From a virus, in the IMG/VR virus record IMGVR_UViG_3300021197_001654, positions 9,694-73,693 of that record: DNA of 64,000 nucleotides; one strand, written 5' to 3'. The notes under the pieces were generated by a model. That model was not told the DNA's origin. It saw only the letters and a program-made list of their open reading frames with translations, and made no database searches. Shown one piece after another: positions 55,741 to 64,000 of this stretch. The translations under genes and the position numbers were made by a program. Position 1 is the stretch's first letter. Each line of letters starts with the position of its first letter.

Positions 55741-56033
55741 TGATAAAACTTGCGATGATAGTAAGCTTTTGTGTATCCACAAGCGCTGCCGCAGCAGAGT
55801 TCAATCCTACGCACAGGCTCGATGCGCTCGAAGCATCTACGGGATTAACGCTCAAGCCTACGGCTGATCTCGATCAGGCTCGTAGTGGGGAGTTCCGTTG
55901 GGACTCAAGCGCTGGTTTCTGGGGGTCACTCGTGGGCTTAGCGATCACGACGACGATTATTGTATTGGCGGTAAACGCTGCCGATAAAGACAACAACAGC
56001 CCCTACGAGCCGATGGAGCACTCATCTCATTGA
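55740..56033 (+). CDS. Signal-peptide and TM protein
   Basis: N-terminal signal (STSAAAA) and C-terminal TM. Confidence 0.65.
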   Translation: MIKLAMIVSFCVSTSAAAAEFNPTHRLDALEASTGLTLKPTADLDQARSGEFRWDSSAGFWGSLVGLAITTTIIVLAVNAADKDNNSPYEPMEHSSH

Positions 56034-56327
56034 GTCGATCTTAAGCTTCAACAACTCGTTCTCGCGCTTCACGTAGTCTACTTCGACCTTGAGCCCCGCA
56101 ACTTCCGTCATCAAGTCGATAATCTGCTGCAGATGCTCGTCTCGCTCTTCTTCTAGCTTTTCGACTCTTTTAATAAGGTCATCTCGGTACAACGCTTGCT
56201 CAGCTTTCTCCTCTTTCCGCACCTCCCTTTTTTGCTTCAACATGAACTCATAAAACTTAAACGCGCCCGCACTAAACACGCCTGTAACGGCAGCCACGAT
56301 TGCAGCAGTAGTGGTCGGCTTATCCAC
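56022..56327 (-). CDS. Membrane-anchored coiled-coil protein (holin/antiholin-like)
   Basis: N-terminal TM, then heptad repeats. Confidence 0.65.
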   Translation of the reverse strand: MDKPTTTAAIVAAVTGVFSAGAFKFYEFMLKQKREVRKEEKAEQALYRDDLIKRVEKLEEERDEHLQQIIDLMTEVAGLKVEVDYVKRENELLKLKIDSMR

Positions 56328-56739
56328 GGAGATCCTTGTGCATTACTTCCATACGCATTTTAACGTATATCCAAACCCACAGGGTAAAGTAGACTGCGGT
56401 CACTACCAGGCTACGCCCGACGTCACCAAAGGCAAACTCGGGGTCCGCCATCACGCTCATGACGAACTTGGTAGTGGAGAAGACGTACAGCATCAAGTAC
56501 ACGCCAACGAACCGGGAGCAGGAGCGGATGTTCGGGAGGCTAAACAGCATTCCCAAAGCCACAACAAAGTACAGTGCATACTGAAAGTAGGCCCACTCGT
56601 TGCCCCCATCCAGGGCTTCACCATAGCTCATCCAAAGTACGCGGTTGTTGGCCAGGTCAGCGATGTTCCAGAACAAAAGCAGGGGTCCATAGTCGTGGTA
56701 GACCAGGATGTCCTTGTAGGCCTTGAAAAAGCTTCTCAT
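56320..56739 (-). CDS. Four-TM membrane protein
   Basis: Four hydrophobic segments; start moved to ATG 56739. Confidence 0.7.
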   Translation of the reverse strand: MRSFFKAYKDILVYHDYGPLLLFWNIADLANNRVLWMSYGEALDGGNEWAYFQYALYFVVALGMLFSLPNIRSCSRFVGVYLMLYVFSTTKFVMSVMADPEFAFGDVGRSLVVTAVYFTLWVWIYVKMRMEVMHKDLRG

Positions 56740-56775
56740 TGTGTCACCGTTACCCAACCATAACTTGGAGATACC

Positions 56776-57267
56776 ATGGCTGAACACTCATTAGATGACA
56801 TCGTCCATTCGATCCAGTCTGCGGTGCTCGCGGCAACGGACATTGCTGAGCGCCACGAACTCGACTCGATAATGAAGCAGGAGTTCTGGGAACTCAAAGT
56901 CGATGACAAGGGAGACCCAGTCAAGGATGACGCGGGTAGAGAGGTGTACACACCACGTATGGTGACGATGCGCGTACCAACCTGGCAGGAAGGCAAACTT
57001 GTCGATCAGGATATTCCTGTGCCGTTACAGTCTCTTACGACGGGTCAGAGCCTCAGCGTTGACCGTCTCGAAGTTGAGATGTCAGTTCAGATATCGGGTC
57101 TGGAGACGGACAAGTCTAAGGGTAAGTTGATGATACGGCCTGGAGCGAGTTCTTCTTGGTTCCATAAACAAAGCAACACTGCTAAACTGAAGCTGGTTTT
57201 TAAGGGTAGCGAGCCTCCAGAAGGTTATGCAAGAATTGACGACCAGTTAATTAAACTTCTCCCGTAG
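56776..57267 (+). CDS. DUF2589-like protein (short paralog)
   Basis: SLDDIVHSIQSAV, VPLQSL...LSVDRLEVEM, AKLKLVFKGSEPPEG; GGAG RBS. Confidence 0.75.
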   Translation: MAEHSLDDIVHSIQSAVLAATDIAERHELDSIMKQEFWELKVDDKGDPVKDDAGREVYTPRMVTMRVPTWQEGKLVDQDIPVPLQSLTTGQSLSVDRLEVEMSVQISGLETDKSKGKLMIRPGASSSWFHKQSNTAKLKLVFKGSEPPEGYARIDDQLIKLLP

Positions 57268-57274
57268 ACTGTAA

Positions 57275-57787
57275 ATGTCCGACAAAGAAAAATCGCGTCA
57301 TGATGAGTTAACCAAACTTGGTGTACCAACTCACGATAGCGGTGGTGCTTTCATTCCGATTGAGCAACGAGAGAAGCTGGCTAAGCACTATGAGCCGTCC
57401 ACGAGTGAGCGTGTGATCGATACCATGCGTCATGAAAGTAAAGTGCGGGGCTCACCAAATGCTAGAACATTGCAGAGAGCCGGCGATTATTTGGGTACTG
57501 TTCCGCCTGTGGGTGCTCCAGGAGTAGTCGTGCAGACTGCGGGCGATGCTTTATATACGGGCGCCTCGGGTTATTTGGCCTCTCAAGATGTTCCTGGTGC
57601 AACTGAAGAAACTATTGGTGGTTTAGCCGCACTTCTTTCACCTATTCCGCGCGCACTTATATCACCCGAAAAGCGTAAAATGATTCGTGCTGCGTTACAA
57701 GACCTGGGTATATCCCAAGTAGTGCAGGAAACAGGTAAGCATTTAGGTAACGCGGAACAAGAAAAAGCACTTGAATCGAAACCGTAA
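57275..57787 (+). CDS. Hypothetical protein with Gly-rich hydrophobic helices
   Basis: 170 aa between the DUF2589-like genes. Confidence 0.7.
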   Translation: MSDKEKSRHDELTKLGVPTHDSGGAFIPIEQREKLAKHYEPSTSERVIDTMRHESKVRGSPNARTLQRAGDYLGTVPPVGAPGVVVQTAGDALYTGASGYLASQDVPGATEETIGGLAALLSPIPRALISPEKRKMIRAALQDLGISQVVQETGKHLGNAEQEKALESKP

Positions 57788-57799
57788 TAGGAGTCCATC

Positions 57800-58405
57800 A
57801 TGCCAGACCAACTCGTAAACATGTCATCTCAGTTTGGTGGTCTTCCCATGGACCAGCTTATTGGTGGCCCTCTCAAGGCTGCCTGTAGCGCTCAGGTTCT
57901 GCTGGCTAAGGCTTCTGCTGACTTCATCAAGGACGTCGGCCTGGACGACGCTGGTGGCGGCAAGATGAATGCCCGCACAGTGGACTTCAGCTTTAACAAG
58001 CCAGTTCAAGCTCCTGACGGAACAACGACTCTTGAAAAGGTTGACCTGCAGGTTCCCCTGCTCGCAATCATCAACACGCCAAGCTTGTCTGTGAAGGAAG
58101 CCGAGGTCCGCTTCACCATGGAGGTGAAGTCCTCTACTTCGAGTAAGACTACTTCAGACACCAAGGCTGAGCTTACAGCGCACGCCAAGTACAATGCAGG
58201 ACTGTTTAGCTGCGACGTTACTGTTCACGGCTCTGTGGCTAACCACAGCGAAAACAGCCGCAAGAGCGACAACAGTGCTAAGTACGACGTGAAAGTCGTT
58301 GCCCGTGATGACGGTCCTCCAGAAGGGCTTATGAAGGTTCTGGACATGTTGAACGACGCGATTGCCCCGACACAAGGTGTTCCGGCACCAGCAAAAACTA
58401 AGTAG
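57800..58405 (+). CDS. DUF2589-family protein
   Basis: FGGLPMDQLIGGPLKAA..AQ, VPLLAII.TPSL, FTMEVKSS, RKSDNSAKY, PPEGLMKVLDML. Confidence 0.85.
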   Translation: MPDQLVNMSSQFGGLPMDQLIGGPLKAACSAQVLLAKASADFIKDVGLDDAGGGKMNARTVDFSFNKPVQAPDGTTTLEKVDLQVPLLAIINTPSLSVKEAEVRFTMEVKSSTSSKTTSDTKAELTAHAKYNAGLFSCDVTVHGSVANHSENSRKSDNSAKYDVKVVARDDGPPEGLMKVLDMLNDAIAPTQGVPAPAKTK

Positions 58406-58419
58406 TACAGGAGTACACC

Positions 58420-59130
58420 ATGGCTAGTTACGATTTCTCTAAAGATAAAGACAAACTTCAAGACCTCTCAGGCGGTGATCGCCCTCCGTACAAAAAAACT
58501 GACCTGGAGCGCGAAGGCTTTGTCGAGCAGTCTCCCGGAGCGTACGTTGATGGGGGCCGTAACGTAGCCGAAGATCCGAAAGATCCGGCGCAGATGCTGC
58601 ACGATATGAGGGTCGAAGAGCAAGAACGAGCCGAGATCCGCCGTATGCGCATGGACCAAGGCAAGGATCCCTTTGCGGAAGATAAGCCTGCTCTGACGGC
58701 AGGCACTTATGACGGTGCTGGCGGATATAAGTACGAAGTTATGGGTGACGGTCAGATTAAAATTGTCGGGGCCCCAGGCGGAAAGGGCGTCGGCGTGACT
58801 CTTAAGGCTGACCATCCAGCACACGAAGCAATCTCAGCCGAGTTGAGCCAGAGTGGTGCGTCTCCGTCAGGCGAAAGCCGCCAAGGCGAGGCTGACCTTC
58901 TAGCGTCGATGGAGGGCAGTAAGTCTCGTCGAGAAGAAAGCGCTCGATCCGCGACAGGCGTTACGCCTGGAGAAGGTCGCTCCGGAAAAGAAATGGCACG
59001 AGTTCGAGGTCTAAGCAACGAAGATCAAATTGCAGAGCTTGATCGCGGTCGAGGTAAGGGCAATAAAGTCAGCCTCAGCGATACGGCTCAAGCAGCGCTT
59101 GATCGCACAAGAGAAAAGAATCGTAGCTAA
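58420..59130 (+). CDS. Hypothetical charged protein
   Basis: 236 aa, AGGAG RBS. Confidence 0.75.
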   Translation: MASYDFSKDKDKLQDLSGGDRPPYKKTDLEREGFVEQSPGAYVDGGRNVAEDPKDPAQMLHDMRVEEQERAEIRRMRMDQGKDPFAEDKPALTAGTYDGAGGYKYEVMGDGQIKIVGAPGGKGVGVTLKADHPAHEAISAELSQSGASPSGESRQGEADLLASMEGSKSRREESARSATGVTPGEGRSGKEMARVRGLSNEDQIAELDRGRGKGNKVSLSDTAQAALDRTREKNRS

Positions 59131-59143
59131 TCGTCCCCCTGGG

Positions 59144-59210
59144 CCCCCCACCCACATCGCTTCTGCTCACGCGCGGGCTGATGCATGAGCGTTTCCCACC
59201 GGGTGGGGGG
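59144..59210. other. Long GC-rich hairpin between convergent operons
   Basis: CCCCCCACCC...GGGTGGGGGG outer stem, GCTCA..TGAGC inner stem. Confidence 0.6.
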
Positions 59211-59211
59211 T

Positions 59212-59517
59212 TTAGGCTTTCTCTAACAGACGCTCTAGCTTAGACACGATGTCGTTGTGTACTCTCGTTCGAGTAATGAGAAAGTCTTTGGACTGAGAGT
59301 CTTCTCTATCGCGGTACTCTTTAATGACTTTATCGTACCGCTCACGCATCTTCTCAGATCGCTCACCATACTCTTTACGGATCTCGTCAAGTTGATCCTG
59401 AAAGCCCTCTACAAGCTTGTCCAGTCGCTTCTGCATCGTAAAGAACTGATACACCAAGAACGCAGCGAAGACACCGAGGTGTCCATCAGCTAACAGGGAA
59501 TCGACTAAAGCCTCCAC
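59212..59517 (-). CDS. Holin-like protein (BhlA/UviB-like)
   Basis: GHLGVFAAFLVY TM then coiled coil; follows endolysin. Confidence 0.6.
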   Translation of the reverse strand: MEALVDSLLADGHLGVFAAFLVYQFFTMQKRLDKLVEGFQDQLDEIRKEYGERSEKMRERYDKVIKEYRDREDSQSKDFLITRTRVHNDIVSKLERLLEKA

Positions 59518-60089
59518 TAGACAGGCTCTTCAATGAGCGTGTACGTAAAGCTATTCCCCCACTTACTCTTAGCCGCGTAGCAGATGCTCATAAACTCATC
59601 AAAGTCAGCACTGTGACTAAAGACTTGGCACCCCGCAGACCACTTGTCTACTTGGGTCGAGGAAGCCCCTGCTTTATGGATGTTGATTCCGTAATAGCCT
59701 TCAGTAATAGACTGTACGTCAAGGTCAATAACATCGTCTTTATTGCTATCACGATAAGTCTTGACTGTACCGTTTCTCTGACAGAGCGCATCGTATCTCC
59801 CCTGGTGCTTGTCGATCTTCCATACAGACCGATACTGACCAGGCACAAGGATAGCAGTACCTTTTACGTTGCTGGGGTTTTCTAGCCAGTACCTGCCGGG
59901 CTCAGTAGTACACTCCCAGGTACGCGTAATCCAACCCTGCTCGTCCTTATAAACTACACAAATACGGTCATCAAAGCTGTTCGCCTTATGATCCTTGCTA
60001 CGAATACCAATGATGTTCAGGTTGTACTCGCCGGACTCAAACACCGCATGACCGAGAGAATCGACGTAGTCTAATAGTACAGGCCTCAT
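59517..60089 (-). CDS. Putative endolysin with L,D-transpeptidase-type His/Cys motif
   Basis: GINIH-x11-WSAGCQV; flanked by membrane/lysis genes. Confidence 0.72.
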   Translation of the reverse strand: MRPVLLDYVDSLGHAVFESGEYNLNIIGIRSKDHKANSFDDRICVVYKDEQGWITRTWECTTEPGRYWLENPSNVKGTAILVPGQYRSVWKIDKHQGRYDALCQRNGTVKTYRDSNKDDVIDLDVQSITEGYYGINIHKAGASSTQVDKWSAGCQVFSHSADFDEFMSICYAAKSKWGNSFTYTLIEEPV

Positions 60090-60376
60090 CGGCTGCAGTT
60101 CGCGTTTGTAGCTTGACAGATTGCAGCCTGGTTGATGGCCTGCTGCTGCTGCATCTCAAGCATCTTGGCCACGATGTCTTCCATCTTGTCGAGGCGTGTC
60201 TCTACGCCCTGGATCTTAAGGTCTACAACATCTTGCTTACCTGACTTGGCTTCAAGTACAGTGACCCGCTTGTCCAAGTCTTCACTCTCTTGAGCCGCCG
60301 ATTCGAGAGATGCGAAACAAATACCCGCAGCAAACACTACAGTCAGCCCAGGCACCGCGAAGTCTTTTAGTGTCAT
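60086..60376 (-). CDS. Membrane-anchored coiled-coil lysis-module protein
   Basis: TM then heptads; ATG 60376. Confidence 0.65.
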   Translation of the reverse strand: MTLKDFAVPGLTVVFAAGICFASLESAAQESEDLDKRVTVLEAKSGKQDVVDLKIQGVETRLDKMEDIVAKMLEMQQQQAINQAAICQATNANCSR

Positions 60377-60816
60377 TTTCCTGCCCCCGCGCTGTAATGG
60401 TATGTCGCGCCTATCCCAGCCGTGACTATACCTACGATTATAATTGTTTCCACTCGACCTAACCAACGTTGAGTTGTAGGTCTGTCTAACCATGGCGTAG
60501 GCTTGTTCGCCAACTCAAGTTTGTTTTTATACCAGTAGATCTCCATCTCTAACCGAGACGTCTCGATTCGGTATTGCGATTGAACCGCGACACCCCACTT
60601 CTCGGTCTGCAATAAATCCGCGAATTGCGACAACGGAACCGCTACGGCCGAGCACTTAGACACTCCATCGGAGCCTAAAATTGTGGGTGAGATCGACTGA
60701 CTTTTGTTAATCGCGATTACTTTTGCACACTCACCTTGAACGGGCTCGGGTGCAGCGGGCCGGTCGATTGAGTCAGACGCAAAGACCGTACCAAGGAAAA
60801 GGAGGATTCCAATCAT
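60373..60816 (-). CDS. Signal-peptide, coiled-coil, C-terminal TM protein (spanin-like)
   Basis: Topology and lysis-module position. Confidence 0.55.
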   Translation of the reverse strand: MIGILLFLGTVFASDSIDRPAAPEPVQGECAKVIAINKSQSISPTILGSDGVSKCSAVAVPLSQFADLLQTEKWGVAVQSQYRIETSRLEMEIYWYKNKLELANKPTPWLDRPTTQRWLGRVETIIIVGIVTAGIGATYHYSAGAGK

Positions 60817-61064
60817 CGTCGTTTCCGAGCGTTACCCAAATCAGCCAAGTCATCAGCAGGAGAATCGCCGGTAGTCGCTGATCTGATTCGATCTAGCTCT
60901 TCCTTTAAATTATCTTGTACGCTGCTCAACGCAGCCTGAGCCGCCGTATTCGCCGGAGCCGACGTAGTAGATTTCGATGAGTTTAAGCGCCCTTTAAACA
61001 GTCGGAATGCCGCGATAAGAACCGCCGCCAAGCCTGCAATTGCGATGTAGGGTCCTTCGATCAT
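60813..61064 (-). CDS. Membrane-anchored protein (i-spanin-like)
   Basis: N-terminal TM, helical tail; GGAGG RBS. Confidence 0.55.
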   Translation of the reverse strand: MIEGPYIAIAGLAAVLIAAFRLFKGRLNSSKSTTSAPANTAAQAALSSVQDNLKEELDRIRSATTGDSPADDLADLGNARKRR

Positions 61065-61072
61065 GAGGCCTC

Positions 61073-61453
61073 CTAAGATGCAACCAATTTAACAACAACA
61101 GCGGAGGTCGGGTTCGAGGCGTTTTGCTTTGCCGGGTCGGTAGTACACCACATGCTTAAGCCAGCGGCATAATCCTGCCCATCCGGAAATACGTACGAGG
61201 CTTTAGTTCCTGGCGCCGCCGCAAACATCCAAGTAGGTACGCCATTGCTGGCGTCTGTCGGTACAGCACTCGCAGCGTCCCGAATTCGGACATACGCAAA
61301 TGTTGAGGTGTTTGCCGTATTATCGATATCAATCAAATAAAACGTGCCCGAAGTGTTGCCCGTAACGTTGTTCGCAGGGGAGTTGTTGGCCAAAAAATCG
61401 ACCACAAGGTTACCGCCTAGAGCCGTGATCGTACTTGTTTTTGTGACCGACAT
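61073..61453 (-). CDS. Beta-sandwich virion-type protein, type B copy 2
   Basis: MSVTK...P.NNV...IDN...YV...YVFPDG. Confidence 0.75.
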   Translation of the reverse strand: MSVTKTSTITALGGNLVVDFLANNSPANNVTGNTSGTFYLIDIDNTANTSTFAYVRIRDAASAVPTDASNGVPTWMFAAAPGTKASYVFPDGQDYAAGLSMWCTTDPAKQNASNPTSAVVVKLVAS

Positions 61454-61459
61454 GCTACC

Positions 61460-61819
61460 TCAACTACAGATAAGGGTAACGTCGACACTACCCGCAAAGC
61501 TGGTTGTATCGTCCTCACCGCTGTTGGCGCTCACCCAAAACTTCAACTCCGTAAACGCATATCCTGTAGGTATGTGAATCGTCTTTATCGCTGAGGCCTT
61601 ACCCTTAAGTGCGATCTGAGTATTCGTTGTGTCTGCGGTATCTAAGATATGAAGGCTTACGGCTGCGGACGATTGAGCAGAATTGATGATAACGGTGTGG
61701 AGGGTTCCGGGTGCGTTAGTCGGATTAGTCTGCGCCGTAGTCGCATCAATGCCCGTACAAGAGATTACTTTGTAATCAACCGCATCCTGGAACCCAGTAC
61801 TTTTAAGCTCAATCGCCAC
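61460..61819 (-). CDS. Beta-sandwich virion-type protein, type A copy 2
   Basis: LKS...YKVI...T..PGTLHTV...IPTGYAFT.L..W. Confidence 0.72.
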   Translation of the reverse strand: MAIELKSTGFQDAVDYKVISCTGIDATTAQTNPTNAPGTLHTVIINSAQSSAAVSLHILDTADTTNTQIALKGKASAIKTIHIPTGYAFTELKFWVSANSGEDDTTSFAGSVDVTLICS

Positions 61820-61826
61820 AAGCTAC

Positions 61827-62018
61827 CTACTTCTTCGAAATCGCTGCCATAGCCTTCTCAGCGCTGTCACCCGCGATGTAGGCCAAAGCCACGTACAACC
61901 ATTGGTCCGAAGCAAGCAAGCCAACAGCAAGTAGGCCAGTGCCGAGAACCAAAACAGCAAGTCGACGCCAAGAGACGCGCTTCTGAGAGCAAAAGAGTGC
62001 GTTAATAAAATTCTTCAT
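61827..62018 (-). CDS. Two-TM holin-like protein
   Basis: SWRRLAVLVLGT...DQWLYVALAYIAG. Confidence 0.7.
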   Translation of the reverse strand: MKNFINALFCSQKRVSWRRLAVLVLGTGLLAVGLLASDQWLYVALAYIAGDSAEKAMAAISKK

Positions 62019-62020
62019 GA

Positions 62021-62413
62021 TTATGTACCTGCCAAAATAGTTACTTTGAGAATACCTGAGTTTGCCGGGTCGGCTTGTGTTCCTGTACCCGCAGATGTCG
62101 AAGTTCCGATAAAACTAAATCCCGTAGTCATACCACCTGCAGGCCAACCTTCGGGGAAGACATATTCGACAATCGAGTTTGCAGGCGCATACAGGCGGAG
62201 TATCGGCGCGCTACCTGTGGAGTAAGTCGTTCCGATCTGACCCTTAACGTAGGACACACCATTGACGTTTGAATTATCAATTCGAAACGTATAAATTTTA
62301 TCGGCTAACGTAACACCAGTAAACACGTTGTTTTCCGGTGTTGCGTCTGCTTGGAGATCGATGATTAGCGTTTCGGCTAGTCTTTGTGGGATTGTTGCTT
62401 TAGTTACCGCCAT
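62021..62413 (-). CDS. Beta-sandwich virion-type protein, type B copy 1
   Basis: MAVTK...PENNV...IDN...YV...YVFPEG. Confidence 0.75.
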   Translation of the reverse strand: MAVTKATIPQRLAETLIIDLQADATPENNVFTGVTLADKIYTFRIDNSNVNGVSYVKGQIGTTYSTGSAPILRLYAPANSIVEYVFPEGWPAGGMTTGFSFIGTSTSAGTGTQADPANSGILKVTILAGT

Positions 62414-62422
62414 GACGACCTC

Positions 62423-62815
62423 TTAAGTAGTTACGAATCTAACAATTGTATAACGGCCTGCAGCGGCTTCCGTATTTGTTGTCGCGTTATCCGCCTCACT
62501 GCTCGTCAACCAGGCAGTCAATCCCGTAAATGGAATCCCCCCGGGAAACTCCGAAATAAACCGCTTGTTGCCGATGCATCTAATCACTATATCAGGAACA
62601 GTTGTCCCCACGACAACTTCTGTCGAAGTCAACTTTAGCTTCAGATGTTGATTAGCGCCTTGGTTTGCGGCCGTCGCGTCGACCTCAATCGTCCGGAGAA
62701 TCCCCGTCCCTTGAGTCACGTCGACGATAGCCGTCTGGTCTAGACGAATATCCTCGACAATTTTGTAGGTTAAAATTGAACTGTCGAGGTTTGCAGTTTT
62801 TAGGTAAGTGCTCAT
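62423..62815 (-). CDS. Beta-sandwich virion-type protein, type A copy 1
   Basis: LKT...YKIV...TQGTGILRTI...FPGGIPFTGLTAW. Confidence 0.72.
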   Translation of the reverse strand: MSTYLKTANLDSSILTYKIVEDIRLDQTAIVDVTQGTGILRTIEVDATAANQGANQHLKLKLTSTEVVVGTTVPDIVIRCIGNKRFISEFPGGIPFTGLTAWLTSSEADNATTNTEAAAGRYTIVRFVTT

Positions 62816-62823
62816 AAGGTTTC

Positions 62824-63990
62824 CTAGAGAGGTAAGGTTACGTCGGCGGCCACGTGCATCATATCTTCTGCGGTTGCGCCATTGATGCTGCCGACATCAG
62901 TGGTGGAGTCCACCCAAGTGTCACCGCCGTCGGTTGAATAGAACATATCGCCTGTTAGACAGCAAGCCACCCAGGTGGAACCATCTGTTGCGACACCGTA
63001 GACGTTTCCGTGTGCATCGCCGTCTCCGCTGAAGTCGGCGCCGCTCTCGTCCATGGTGGTCGTCTTGCCGTTGATGTCGAACGTTGACTTAAACTGACCA
63101 CCGACGACAACGACCCGACCGGCTGCGGATGCGATGTGTCTCTGATCGTCGAAGCATAGCGCAGCGTGATTTGCGAGAGTCGTAGCACCAGACCAGTCGG
63201 TAAGGTCAGACGTGGAGGCCGTGTAGAACTTGCCATTGTTAACGATGCCCACCAGCAGCGTATTGTTTGTGTATGCCATACACCTTATATTACCGGGGTC
63301 GCTGCCCCCGTCGAGCAGGGTGTGCATCAAGCTCCATGAGCCAGACGCGCCGTCCTGAGTGCTCGTGTAGATACGATTCTCTTGAGCAAACCACCAAGTA
63401 CCCGCACCATTCGACCTAATGGTGTAGATGCTTTCACTCGAGGCGTCGATTCCGGTAATGCCGGAGATGTCGATCACCTCCCAGTCAGTGCCATTAGTGG
63501 ACCTCCAGATCTCCTTAATGCTACTGGTCATCTTGCCCACAGCGATCCAGACGTTGTTTCCCCACTCGACGGCAAAGCGTCTGATCGAGAGGTTGTTTCC
63601 GTCTTCATCTGTATTGATCCCGGTCCATGGTCCTGAGGTGCCATCGTCGTGGAGCGTTATTTCTGGGTTGTCAGTCTCATAGAGCGATACCCACAGACCA
63701 TTTCCTGATCCATCTTTCCCATAGGCCAAGTAGTAGTTATCAACTGAACCGCCTGGAAAGGGTGACGAGCCACCAGCAAATGCGTCGTAGTCATCCCAAT
63801 CATTACCAGCCAAGAGATCGCTGTTGCTAATGTACCCGACCATTCTGTCGTTACCGCCAACCACCCAGAGCGAAGCGCCAGAGGACGGCTTGTCTTGCCC
63901 GTTAACGTTCTGGATATCTCCTACAGCCACGCCATTGACGCCAGCAATACTGCCAGCAACAACGTCGTTTACTTTCTCATAGTTAGGCAC
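62824..63990 (-). CDS. BNR/Asp-box beta-propeller protein, probable receptor-binding appendage
   Basis: STNGTDW, STDGGDTW Asp-boxes; N-terminal VNDV/VNGV/VNG repeats. Confidence 0.75.
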   Translation of the reverse strand: MPNYEKVNDVVAGSIAGVNGVAVGDIQNVNGQDKPSSGASLWVVGGNDRMVGYISNSDLLAGNDWDDYDAFAGGSSPFPGGSVDNYYLAYGKDGSGNGLWVSLYETDNPEITLHDDGTSGPWTGINTDEDGNNLSIRRFAVEWGNNVWIAVGKMTSSIKEIWRSTNGTDWEVIDISGITGIDASSESIYTIRSNGAGTWWFAQENRIYTSTQDGASGSWSLMHTLLDGGSDPGNIRCMAYTNNTLLVGIVNNGKFYTASTSDLTDWSGATTLANHAALCFDDQRHIASAAGRVVVVGGQFKSTFDINGKTTTMDESGADFSGDGDAHGNVYGVATDGSTWVACCLTGDMFYSTDGGDTWVDSTTDVGSINGATAEDMMHVAADVTLPL

Positions 63991-64000
63991 TATGCAACCT

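Larger units (their letters stand above)
1..64000. mobile_element. Tailed dsDNA bacteriophage genome segment (podovirus-like), incomplete at both ends
   Basis: TerL, portal, capsid, scaffold, nozzle-type tail proteins, PolA, helicases and lysis genes are present; no host housekeeping genes, tape measure or sheath recognised. Confidence 0.96.

Noticed and set aside
369-63860. Many short ORF-track entries antisense to or nested in long genes
   Set aside because: No RBS or motifs; shadow frames of real genes
1-64000. Alternative genetic code
   Set aside because: Core genes are intact in code 11 and TAA, TAG and TGA all end well-coupled genes
1-64000. Integrase, transposase, intron, intein or reverse transcriptase
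   Set aside because: No matching motifs; TerL, PolA and helicases are of ordinary length

Overview
The whole window is a contiguous part of an uncultured-type tailed dsDNA phage genome (podovirus-like; genes or operons run off both ends). No integrase, tRNA or CRISPR array was seen. Layout: (i) 1-14.9 kb, minus strand: major capsid, decoration, adaptor/nozzle, tail appendage and ejection-type proteins. (ii) 15.1-22.2 kb, plus strand, divergent from the capsid operon: TerL, portal, small basic proteins, a HiPIP-like Cys protein and scaffold. (iii) 22.2-28.1 kb, minus strand: a second decoration-like protein, a 1208-aa Rho_N-like protein and small genes. (iv) 28.6-41.1 kb, plus strand: an A/C-rich early region of ~35 small ORFs (SLOG, SSB, DUF932-like) containing an iteron-type origin candidate and several structured RNA candidates. 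(v) 41.3-54.9 kb, minus strand: TerS-like, DUF927/Cch-like helicase, Rad50-like ATPase, UDG-fused family A polymerase, SSB, Sak4-like ATPase, Cas4-like nuclease and SNF2 helicase. (vi) 55-59.1 kb: XRE regulator, HExxH protease-like protein and a pair of DUF2589-like genes, interdigitated with opposite-strand genes. (vii) 59.2-64 kb, minus strand: lysis genes, a duplicated pair of beta-sandwich proteins and a BNR-repeat protein. Best candidates for new biology: a replication module with no recognisable primase whose PolA has His at the steric-gate position; a DUF2589 pair with beta-pore-former-like features; a pseudoknot RNA motif present twice with covariation, one copy heading a ~290-nt structured RNA; and a recurring TTACC-N5-GGTAA operator. 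All family assignments come from motif recognition by eye, not database searches.
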